A stretch of DNA of 64,000 bases from the NCBI GenBank assembly GCA_963669175.1, contig OY769902.1, forward strand, positions 4,640,001 through 4,704,000. Reading direction: 5' to 3'. Of the stretch, positions 9,975 to 17,761 are shown piece after piece. The notes under the pieces were generated by a model. The model was not told the origin of the DNA and did no database searches. It was given only the letters and a program-made list of their open reading frames with translations. The translations under genes were made by a program, and so were the position numbers. Position 1 is the first letter of the stretch. Every line of letters starts with the position of its first letter. Origin of the DNA: a bacterium (lineage in GTDB: Bacteria > Electryoneota > Electryoneia > Electryoneales > Electryoneaceae).

Positions 9975-10292
9975 ATGCAAATCTGGTCTGTATATATCAT
10001 GGCAAGCAAACGTAATGGTACACTGTACGTTGGTGTGACCAGGAACTTGAAGCGACGAGTCTATGAACACCGTACAGGAGAAATAGAAGGCTTTACAAAA
10101 CAGTACAATATCAAACAGCTTGTTTATTATGAGACATTTTACAATCCGCGAGCTGCTATTGACAGAGAAAAACAATTAAAATGGTGGAAACGTGCTTGGA
10201 AAATACGATTGATTGAGACAATTAATCCAAATTGGGATGATTTATATGATCAGCTTTTTACGGATAGCTACGACAATCCCGCTGGTGTGTGA
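9975..10292 (+). CDS. Stand-alone GIY-YIG nuclease (UPF0213/YhbQ-like)
   Basis: SVYIMASKRNGTLYVGVT, RRVYEH, AIDREKQLKWWKRAWKIRLIE..NPNWDDL. RBS GAGG. Confidence 0.93.
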   Translation: MQIWSVYIMASKRNGTLYVGVTRNLKRRVYEHRTGEIEGFTKQYNIKQLVYYETFYNPRAAIDREKQLKWWKRAWKIRLIETINPNWDDLYDQLFTDSYDNPAGV

Positions 10293-10377
10293 ACCTTTTT
10301 GATCCAATGGTAAATCGAAGATATGCTTTTATTCACAGCTCACACACCGATACTCTCATTTGAAGTCATAGGATGCT

Positions 10378-10534
10378 ACACTCTCATCCCTGCGAAGGCA
10401 GGGATCCAGGCAAGTATCGACATTACTAGAAGTTGGATTCTCGTTTTACTAATAATGTACAACGCCTTGCGAGAGTTTTACACCTTTCATAATATTGTAG
10501 CATGACTGGATCCCAGCCTTCGCTGGGATGAGAG
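10378..10534 (+). repeat. Family A element, right direct repeat of the GIY-YIG gene (157 bp)
   Basis: Near-identical to 9717-9873. Confidence 0.95.
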
Positions 10535-10666
10535 TGTCGTTGATTCTTTTTTTAGTATTCACAATTCCTCTTGCATTCCGAGAATCGCTCAGAGGTATTG
10601 TCCATTATCTCATTCACCCTTATCCTCTATCCAGAACGTCAACGACAATCCAACAGCAAAGCGCTC

Positions 10667-11854
10667 ATGCACGAAGCCCTGATCCTCGACTCGGCCGGTA
10701 TCCTGTTTTTACTTGGTGGTAATGCTGCTTTCTGGTTTTTCCTTGAGAAGAAAACCGGATGGAAACTGTTCAACTTCATTCCGCCACTCCTTTTCATCTA
10801 CATCCTTCCGGCCTTCTTCTCCAATGTCCATTTTGGTGGTGTCAGCCTGATTCCGAACCATTCGCCGGTGTACTCATGGATGGGGGATTACCTGCTGCCC
10901 GTGTTTCTCGTCCTGATGTTGCTCAACGTGGACGTGGTCTCGACAGTGCGTGTTATGGGACGTGGTGTGTTTGTCATGCTGATCGGTACGCTGGGTGTGA
11001 TGGTAGGCGCTCCGGTTGCCCTGTTTATCGTGAAGGGCTGGCTCGGACCTGAAGCCTGGACCGGATACGGCGCCCTGGCGGGAAGCTGGATAGGTGGAAC
11101 CGGGAACATGGCAGCTATCCAGGAGATGGTCGGCACGCCCGGCGCAGAATTCGGGCTCGCGGTCATCGCGGACAACCTGGTCTACCTGGTCTGGCTGCCC
11201 ATTCTGCTGCAATCGAAGAACCTGGCAGGCTGGTTCAACAAGTTCACCGGAGTATCTGAGCAGAATCTGGAAAAGATGAAGGAGGAGGCGGAGAAGCTGG
11301 TCATCGACAAGGGCGCTCCCGCGATGCGTCACATTCTCTACCTGGTCGCGCTTGGTATGGGCGCAACATGGCTGGCCATCACGATCGCGAATGCCATCCC
11401 TACTATCGGCAATATTGTTACCGCATCGACCTATAAAATTCTGCTGGTCACCACCTTCGGGCTGGCGTTATCCTTCACCCCGGCACGCAAAATCCCGGCC
11501 TCCCACGAACTGGCCATGGCGCTGGTGTACCTGTTCGTGGCACGTATGGGCGCGAAAACCGATGTCGCCGGACTGGCCGGACAAGCGGTGCCATTTGTGG
11601 CGGGAGCGTATATATGGATCTTCATTCATGGCGCGTTCATCCTGCTCGCGGCCAAATTGTTCAAGATCGATATCCATACTGCGGCAATTTCCAGTGCAGC
11701 GAATATCGGTGGAGCGGCAAGCGCCCCGATCGTGGCGGCTTATCATAACGAGAAACTGGTGCCGGTAAGTGTACTGATGGCGCTGATCGGGTATGCTGTG
11801 GGAACCTATGCTGCGTATATCACAGCGTTACTTTGTCGATGGGTTTCACTATAG
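10667..11854 (+). CDS. DUF819-family integral membrane protein
   Basis: GSWIGGTGNMAA and SAANIGGAASAP motifs, many TM helices. Confidence 0.85.
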   Translation: MHEALILDSAGILFLLGGNAAFWFFLEKKTGWKLFNFIPPLLFIYILPAFFSNVHFGGVSLIPNHSPVYSWMGDYLLPVFLVLMLLNVDVVSTVRVMGRGVFVMLIGTLGVMVGAPVALFIVKGWLGPEAWTGYGALAGSWIGGTGNMAAIQEMVGTPGAEFGLAVIADNLVYLVWLPILLQSKNLAGWFNKFTGVSEQNLEKMKEEAEKLVIDKGAPAMRHILYLVALGMGATWLAITIANAIPTIGNIVTASTYKILLVTTFGLALSFTPARKIPASHELAMALVYLFVARMGAKTDVAGLAGQAVPFVAGAYIWIFIHGAFILLAAKLFKIDIHTAAISSAANIGGAASAPIVAAYHNEKLVPVSVLMALIGYAVGTYAAYITALLCRWVSL

Positions 11855-11861
11855 TCGACGA

Positions 11862-12182
11862 TCAGTGTCCACGAATCATGCCTTGAATGACGGCTGTTAC
11901 CAAGCTGATCATTCCAGCAGCAAACATCACAATACTGAATCCATGTAAGCACCCCAACAGGAAGCTCTCCGCAGTAATCGCCAGAAGCGCAATGCCGAGA
12001 GAAATACCGCCAAGGATAAAAGCGAGGCCCGATAATCGAACAGGCATTACGGCCCCCAACCTGATCGAACCGGCAAAAAGCAAGAGAAGTAAACCAATCA
12101 CAATGGTTAACCAGGGAAAGGCATATAGCATTTTATCCCCCTGAAGTATTATCGATAGATCCATGATAATCAATATTATCAA
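11862..12182 (-). CDS. Small hypothetical membrane protein (about 3 TM; start may be 12131)
   Basis: Strongly hydrophobic ORF filling the gap. Confidence 0.5.
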   Translation of the reverse strand: MIILIIMDLSIILQGDKMLYAFPWLTIVIGLLLLLFAGSIRLGAVMPVRLSGLAFILGGISLGIALLAITAESFLLGCLHGFSIVMFAAGMISLVTAVIQGMIRGH

Positions 12183-12198
12183 TCTTTACAAGGAAGAG

Positions 12199-12224
12199 AA
12201 AACCCGGACACGAAAGTCCGGGTT
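12199..12224 (-). terminator. Putative terminator after the SerA-like gene
   Basis: CCCGGAC/GTCCGGG stem with a T tract on the minus strand. Confidence 0.55.
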
Positions 12225-12295
12225 GTAATGCACTCTATCAGGTTCGAAAACGGGGCAGGTTGACACTGATCAGCCTCCTGTTTTCGCGTCAATCG

Positions 12296-13204
12296 TTACA
12301 TGACCGCGCCCTTACCGGCGAAGAAGTTGACAACCTTGGTCGCCAGTTCGAAGCCGACACGGTTCTGTGCTTCGACCGTGCTGCCACCGACGTGTGGGGA
12401 CAACGAGATCTTCGGATGGTTCAGCACCTTTTCGTTGGCGGCCGGTTCCTTGGCGAACACGTCCAACGCCGCGCCCCACAGCTTTTCGCTGTCCAGCGCA
12501 TCTACCAACGCATCCTCATCCACCACACCACCACGTGCGCAGTCGATCAGGAACGCGCCGTCTTTCATCTTCGCGATGAAGGCAGCGTCCACGACCGGGG
12601 CGCCGGTGAACGGTACATGCAGCGACAGGAAGTCACACTTCGGCAGCATGCTGTCGATATCTTTGGTGAATTCAAACTCGGTTTCGACATCAACGATGTC
12701 ATAGCCGATAACCTTCATGCCCAGCGCCGTGGCTTTCTTCGCCAGGGACTGACCGATACGGCCAAAACCGACGATACCGAGGGTTTTGCCAGCCAGTTCG
12801 ATGCCCTTGTACTGCTTTTTGTTCCACTCGCCGTTACGCATGGTCACGTTGGAGATGAATACCCAGCGACTCAGCGCGAACATGTGCGCCAATGCCATTT
12901 CCGCTACGCTATCCGAGGAAGCGGCGGGGGTGTTCACGATTTCGATGCCCTTTTCCCTGGCATAGGCGACATCGATGTTATCCAGGCCAACACCACCACG
13001 GCCGACCAGCTTCAGGTTCGGGGAGGCGTCGATATGCTCGGTACGGACTTTTGTCGCGCTACGGACCAGAATCGCGTCGTAGTTCTTCAGTTCGTTGATC
13101 AGGTTGTCCTGCTCGACCTTGGTCATCTGCAATTCATGACCGGCGTCGCGGAGGATCTGCTCGCCTTGCTTCGAAATACCGTCGTTGACAAGAATCTTCG
13201 CCAT
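12296..13204 (-). CDS. serA: D-3-phosphoglycerate dehydrogenase (short form, no ACT domain)
   Basis: GVGLDNID, GIVGFGRIG, DCARGGVVDE, SPHVGGST. Adjacent to serC. Confidence 0.85.
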   Translation of the reverse strand: MAKILVNDGISKQGEQILRDAGHELQMTKVEQDNLINELKNYDAILVRSATKVRTEHIDASPNLKLVGRGGVGLDNIDVAYAREKGIEIVNTPAASSDSVAEMALAHMFALSRWVFISNVTMRNGEWNKKQYKGIELAGKTLGIVGFGRIGQSLAKKATALGMKVIGYDIVDVETEFEFTKDIDSMLPKCDFLSLHVPFTGAPVVDAAFIAKMKDGAFLIDCARGGVVDEDALVDALDSEKLWGAALDVFAKEPAANEKVLNHPKISLSPHVGGSTVEAQNRVGFELATKVVNFFAGKGAVM

Positions 13205-13235
13205 GATCTCTTCCTCTCTTCGGTTACTCGCATGC

Positions 13236-13366
13236 TTAACAGGATATAAGGATGATAGGATGCCAAGGATAACTACTCAACATTTTGAAATGAAAAGATT
13301 TTGTATCACTTTGTCACTTCAAGAAATGTCTTTTATCCTTAATATCCTTTTATCCTATTATCCTGT
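13236..13366. repeat. Inverted pair of AGGAT/ATCCT microrepeat blocks
   Basis: caggatataaggatgataggatgccaaggat ... atccttaatatccttttatcctattatcctg. Confidence 0.75.
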
Positions 13367-13376
13367 GAGTCAATGA

Positions 13377-14474
13377 TCAACCGTTGTTGGCCATGAAGTC
13401 TTTCATGAACTCGACCAACGCCTTGATCGCTTCGGGCGAGGTGGCGTTGTACATCGAGACACGGCACCCACCGACACTGCGATGGCCCTTCAGACCGTTA
13501 AAGCCGGCTGCGCGACCATCCTTGATGAACTTGGCTTCGAGTTCTTCGTTCGGCAGACGGAAGCAGACATTCATGAAGCTACGGCTGTCTTCCGCGATCG
13601 GGCAGTTGTAATACCCATCGGACTCGTTCATGAAGCCGTAAAGAGTGTCCGCTTTTTCACGGTTCATCTTTTCCATACCGACCAGGCCGCCATTGGCTTC
13701 CACCCACTTCAGCACTTCACCCATGAAGTAAATACCGAAGGTGTTCGGGGTGTTGTACAGGCTGTCTTTTTCCGTATGGGTCGAATATTTCAACATGGTG
13801 ATCAGGCCGTCGGTCTTGGCGGTCTGGAGGAACTCGTCACGAAGCAGAACCAGGGTCACGCCTGACGGGCCGAGGTTCTTCTGGGCGCCGGCGTAGATCA
13901 TGGTGAACTTGTCCATGTCCAGCGGATGGCTCATGATATCCGAGCTGGCATCACAAAGCATCGGCACACCATTGGTCTCCGGGAAATCGAAGAACTGGGT
14001 GCCCTTGATGGTGTTGTTGCTGGTGATGTGGACGTACTTCGCATCGGCGGTCAGGTTCAGTTCGTCCTGCTTCGGCAGACGCTTGAACTCGACAGTGTTG
14101 CCGTCAAACGCGACGTTGACGTTACCGAACAGCTTGGCTTCCTTGATGGCCTTAGTGGACCAGGTGCCGGTGTTGATATAGTCGGCGGTGCCCCCCTGCA
14201 GGAAGTTCATCGGGATCATGCCGAACTGGGTGCTGGCGCCCCCCTGCAGGAACAGGACGTGCCAGGAATCATCCAAACCGAGCAGCTTCTTGATAAGCGC
14301 CTTGGTGTTGGCATGAATGGCATCGTACTCTTTGCCACGGTGACTCATCTCGAGCACGGCCATGCCCGCGCCTTCGTAGTTGAACCACTTCTCGTGAATC
14401 GCTTCCAAAGCTTCCAGCGGCACCGCTGCCGGGCCCGCGTTGAAGTTCCAAATCCGATCGTACTTCTGTGCCAT
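13377..14474 (-). CDS. serC: Phosphoserine aminotransferase
   Basis: NFNAGPA, EMSHR, LQGGAS, YAGAQKNLGPSG, GHRSVGG. Confidence 0.97.
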   Translation of the reverse strand: MAQKYDRIWNFNAGPAAVPLEALEAIHEKWFNYEGAGMAVLEMSHRGKEYDAIHANTKALIKKLLGLDDSWHVLFLQGGASTQFGMIPMNFLQGGTADYINTGTWSTKAIKEAKLFGNVNVAFDGNTVEFKRLPKQDELNLTADAKYVHITSNNTIKGTQFFDFPETNGVPMLCDASSDIMSHPLDMDKFTMIYAGAQKNLGPSGVTLVLLRDEFLQTAKTDGLITMLKYSTHTEKDSLYNTPNTFGIYFMGEVLKWVEANGGLVGMEKMNREKADTLYGFMNESDGYYNCPIAEDSRSFMNVCFRLPNEELEAKFIKDGRAAGFNGLKGHRSVGGCRVSMYNATSPEAIKALVEFMKDFMANNG

Positions 14475-14653
14475 GTAAAACCTCCCCAAATCTAGGGTTG
14501 ACGTTACTTTGTTTCGATCAGTTTATGTATCTGAATACTGCTGTACTGCCTTAATCACTCGCTCCGAAATCCTGCCTACTCCATCGAGCCATCACCGACT
14601 CAATGGCAATCATTCCAGAATACTGCAACTTGCCAACTTTTCAACTTCCAGAA

Positions 14654-14965
14654 TCAGCATATTTTCAGCCTGACAAACGAAGGATATATCGTAAAATAAA
14701 GAGAAAATACAACACCAAGAACCACAAGCTCCAGTACCAAATTCAAACCAAAACCGTCAAACAGGTTCAGCGCTTCGATCAACCTCCAGCTACCCTGAAT
14801 AACACCTATGGTGACGCTCACGTTGATTAAAAACAACCACCAACGGTTACTGATTTGCATCTTCGAACCGCATCCTTCACAACGTATGTTCGCGTCCCAC
14901 GTTGGCTTGGTCATCAACTCCAGATTGGATACGTTTTTACCGCATGACGGACATTTCGCGTGCAT
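14654..14965 (-). CDS. CxxC-x20-CxxC zinc-ribbon membrane protein (TIGR04104-like)
   Basis: CPSC-20 aa-CEGC followed by two hydrophobic helices. RBS GGGAG. Confidence 0.7.
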   Translation of the reverse strand: MHAKCPSCGKNVSNLELMTKPTWDANIRCEGCGSKMQISNRWWLFLINVSVTIGVIQGSWRLIEALNLFDGFGLNLVLELVVLGVVFSLYFTIYPSFVRLKIC

Positions 14966-15015
14966 TTTTGCTCCCTCTAGACCTGATAGAAGAACATGGA
15001 TTCTATGCGATACAG

Positions 15016-15339
15016 TTACTGCTGTTCAATTTCCTTCAAAGGCGCAATTTTGTTCCCCACAAGCTCGTACAATATTGCCAATAGAACTGCGATAATCAGC
15101 GCCGTCAAACCCAATTCCTGCCAGTAACCAACCGCAGGGTCCAGCATGTCGATTACAATTCTGCTGGTAAATCCTGTGAGAAGGGCTATCGAACCAGCAA
15201 ACCAGAATGACCGGCTGGGTTTAGCTTCCTCCAGATCAGCCCCGCAACTGCGACATGTATACTTCGGCTTGATAGCAAATGTGAGAAATGATTGTTTTAT
15301 CGAAAGCTGTGTGCCGCATTTCGGACATTTCGGACGCAT
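15016..15339 (-). CDS. CxxC-x20-CxxC zinc-ribbon membrane protein (TIGR04104-like), second copy
   Basis: CPKC-20 aa-CRSC followed by two TM helices. RBS AAGGAGG. Confidence 0.75.
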   Translation of the reverse strand: MRPKCPKCGTQLSIKQSFLTFAIKPKYTCRSCGADLEEAKPSRSFWFAGSIALLTGFTSRIVIDMLDPAVGYWQELGLTALIIAVLLAILYELVGNKIAPLKEIEQQ

Positions 15340-15550
15340 GATACCCTCCTTATCGACCTGCAACCATTGAAATTTCACAATTTCAAGGATCAACACCATT
15401 GTGTTCAAAATCTGTCAAGTCGCAGGGGGCGCCCCTCCCAGTGCGTTCCCCTGCAACTTCACAGCAAATCTATCATCTTCAAGATAAAGATCGGGTAACT
15501 ATTCCTTCTTTACCTTCTTTACCTTTTATACGTTCTTTACTTTCTTTACC

Positions 15551-16834
15551 TCATTCGCCGTCGTTCACCGGCGGTACATCGTCACGGTCGTCGATCAGGT
15601 GGCAGACAATTCCGCTACGCAGTTTCGGCTCGAACCAGGTTGACTTCGGCGGCATGATCATACCGGCATCGGCGATAGCCATAAGCTGCTCGATGGTGGT
15701 GGCGTGCATGCTGAAAGCAACAGTCATCTCGCCGTTGTTGACACGACGTTCCAGTTCTTCCAGCCCACGAATCCCACCGATGAAGTCGATACGGTCATCG
15801 GTACGTGGATCACCGATGCCCAGCACCGGGCTCAGCAGGTTGTTCTGCAGAATGGCCACGTCCAGGCTTTCAACCGGGTCGTTGGCATCGTATGTGGTCT
15901 CTTTTGCTTCCAGACGATACCACTGCTTGTCAAGATACATGCCGTTCAGCTTGGGACGTTCCGGATCAACCGGTTTGTCAGACTTGGACAGGTAGAACTT
16001 CTCTTCGACCTTCGCCAGGAATTCCTCTTTGCTCAAGCCGTTGAGGTCTGCAACTACACGATTGTAGGAGAGAATCTTGAGCTGGTCATGTGGAAAGAGC
16101 ACGGCCAGGAAAATGTTCCAGGGCTCGCTGCCATCCCAGTCCGGCTTGGCTTCACGACGGCGCTGGGCCAGGATATTGGCCGAAGCGCTACGGTGGTGAC
16201 CGTCGGCTACGTACAGCTCGGGAACCTGCTCGAACAGACGGGTGATCATCTCGATGCGCATCTTGGAGGAAATGACCCACAGGGTATGACGGATGCCGTC
16301 ATCCGCTTCGAAATCGTACACCGGGTCGGTTTCCATGATGGTCGCCAGTTCGGCGTCAATCTCAGGGCGAGCTTTGTAGGTAAGGAATACCGGGCCGACC
16401 TGGGCGCCCATGACGTCGATCAGCTTGATCCGGTCTTCTTCCTTGGCTTTACGAGTCAGTTCATGCTTCTTGATCTTGTCATCGATGTATTCCTGCACCG
16501 ATGCGCCGACCACGAGACCGACCTGCTTGTGATTGTATTTCACCCATTCCTGCGCATACAGATAAAAGCACGGGGCCGGATCACGACGTAGATGGCCGTC
16601 GGTGATGAACTTGTCCAGGTTTTCCCTGCCCTTATTATAGACAGCGTCATCATAAGGATTTGTTTCCGGGGGGAGATCTATTTCAGGCTTGTTGCAGTGC
16701 AGGAAAGATACCGGGTTGCCCTCTGCCATTTCCCGTGCTTCCTGGGAATTCAGTACATCATACGGCGGTGATGCGAGTTTTGCTGCGATATCTACGCGGG
16801 GACGTACCCCTTTGAACGGACGAATCTTCGCCAT
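15551..16834 (-). CDS. DUF1015-family protein
   Basis: SPPYDV, IKKHELTR, YVADGHHRSA, MPPKSTWFEPKL. Confidence 0.92.
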   Translation of the reverse strand: MAKIRPFKGVRPRVDIAAKLASPPYDVLNSQEAREMAEGNPVSFLHCNKPEIDLPPETNPYDDAVYNKGRENLDKFITDGHLRRDPAPCFYLYAQEWVKYNHKQVGLVVGASVQEYIDDKIKKHELTRKAKEEDRIKLIDVMGAQVGPVFLTYKARPEIDAELATIMETDPVYDFEADDGIRHTLWVISSKMRIEMITRLFEQVPELYVADGHHRSASANILAQRRREAKPDWDGSEPWNIFLAVLFPHDQLKILSYNRVVADLNGLSKEEFLAKVEEKFYLSKSDKPVDPERPKLNGMYLDKQWYRLEAKETTYDANDPVESLDVAILQNNLLSPVLGIGDPRTDDRIDFIGGIRGLEELERRVNNGEMTVAFSMHATTIEQLMAIADAGMIMPPKSTWFEPKLRSGIVCHLIDDRDDVPPVNDGE

Positions 16835-17094
16835 GATCAGTCTCCCTTTTCAATGGTACAACAAAGCCCACGCGCCTGTTGAAGTCCCCGCGAGGGCTAA
16901 GGTTCCGTTTTTCACAGAAAATCAGAATCGAACAGGCGTACCCATCCCTTTAAGGATCAACGGGTTCGCTGAAAAACCTTCCAAAGAGGGCAGAGTATCC
17001 CCTCAAGTGAGGAAAATACTTTGATTTGCGGGGTAGGGCAACCGTTCTCGAGCCCCCTTTTAGCGGTAACAAAAATAGCGCATGAAAACAGGCT

Positions 17095-17347
17095 GGGTGG
17101 CCCGACTCACAAGTGATGAAGTTGCCACTCTTGTTGCAGCAGAAATACTGTGATACGGTTACTTACAAAGACGCTACCTGGAGTGAGTCGGGATTGAGAC
17201 GCATCTCAAACTCTTCGCAAAGAAATAAAGCGATATCCTATCGCAATCCCGACTTTGCCTATCAACTTCTGATGGGAATGAAGATATGTTTCTTTTGCAT
17301 GTGTGATCAGGATATCCACATCATCACAAGGCAAAATCGGGCCACCC
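17095..17347. repeat. Family B composite double-hairpin element (253 bp)
   Basis: GGGTGGCCCGA...TCGGGATTG-47 nt-CAATCCCGA...TCGGGCCACCC, the same layout as 62782-63035. Confidence 0.85.
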
Positions 17348-17500
17348 GGGCAAAGCGAGTTCCAGTCGCCCTGTCCCGAAGCGCTCAAGAACTTCATGTG
17401 AATCCCCAATGCGGTGAGAGTATTGATGCTGAAGCGATAGCGGAAGTTGCATCATTTGCGGTTCGGGCCACCCTGACTGGGTTCATTTATAATGGTCGTT

Positions 17501-17674
17501 TGGCCCGACTGCTTGCTGTCGGGTGGTCATAGTCGCCTGGCCCGACTGCTTGCTGTCGGGTGTCATAGTCGCCTGGCCCGACTGCTTGCTGTCGGGTGTC
17601 ATAGCCGTTTGGCCCGACTGCTTGCTGTCGGGTGTCATAGCCGCTTGGCCCGACTGCTTGCTGTCGGGTGTCAT
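17501..17674. repeat. Tandem repeat, 5 copies of a 36-bp hairpin unit
   Basis: tggCCCGACtgcttgctGTCGGGtgtcatagYcgYY at 17501, 17538, 17574, 17610 and 17646, without spacers. Confidence 0.95.
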
Positions 17675-17702
17675 CAGGTCAGTCGTTTCAACAAAACCCA
17701 TC

Positions 17703-17726
17703 CCCGGGTGCCAGCACCCGGGCCAC
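17703..17726 (-). repeat. GTGG-type REP-like palindrome (family C)
   Basis: Reverse complement GTGGCCCGGGTGCTGGCACCCGGG. Relatives at 20384, 33215 and 33336. Confidence 0.75.
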
Positions 17727-17761
17727 GCGATCACGTAGTGGTTGCCCAACAAGACTGAATC

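Noticed and set aside
9451-10505. Short ORFs containing IPAKAGIQ / WIPAFAGM (also 20576-20764 and 7458-7697)
   Set aside because: These are translations of the palindromic repeat, not supported genes.
12260-13249. Long antisense ORFs (also 15704-16591, 22489-23439, 31257-32066, 55049-55906)
   Set aside because: They are shadows of well-supported genes on the opposite strand.
16835-17090. Glycine or other riboswitch ahead of the DUF1015-ser cluster
   Set aside because: A long stem (ACGCCTGTT/AACAGGCG) is present, but no recognisable aptamer consensus.
17501-17674. CRISPR array (36-bp palindromic repeats)
   Set aside because: Units are directly adjacent with no unique spacers, and there are no cas genes in the window.
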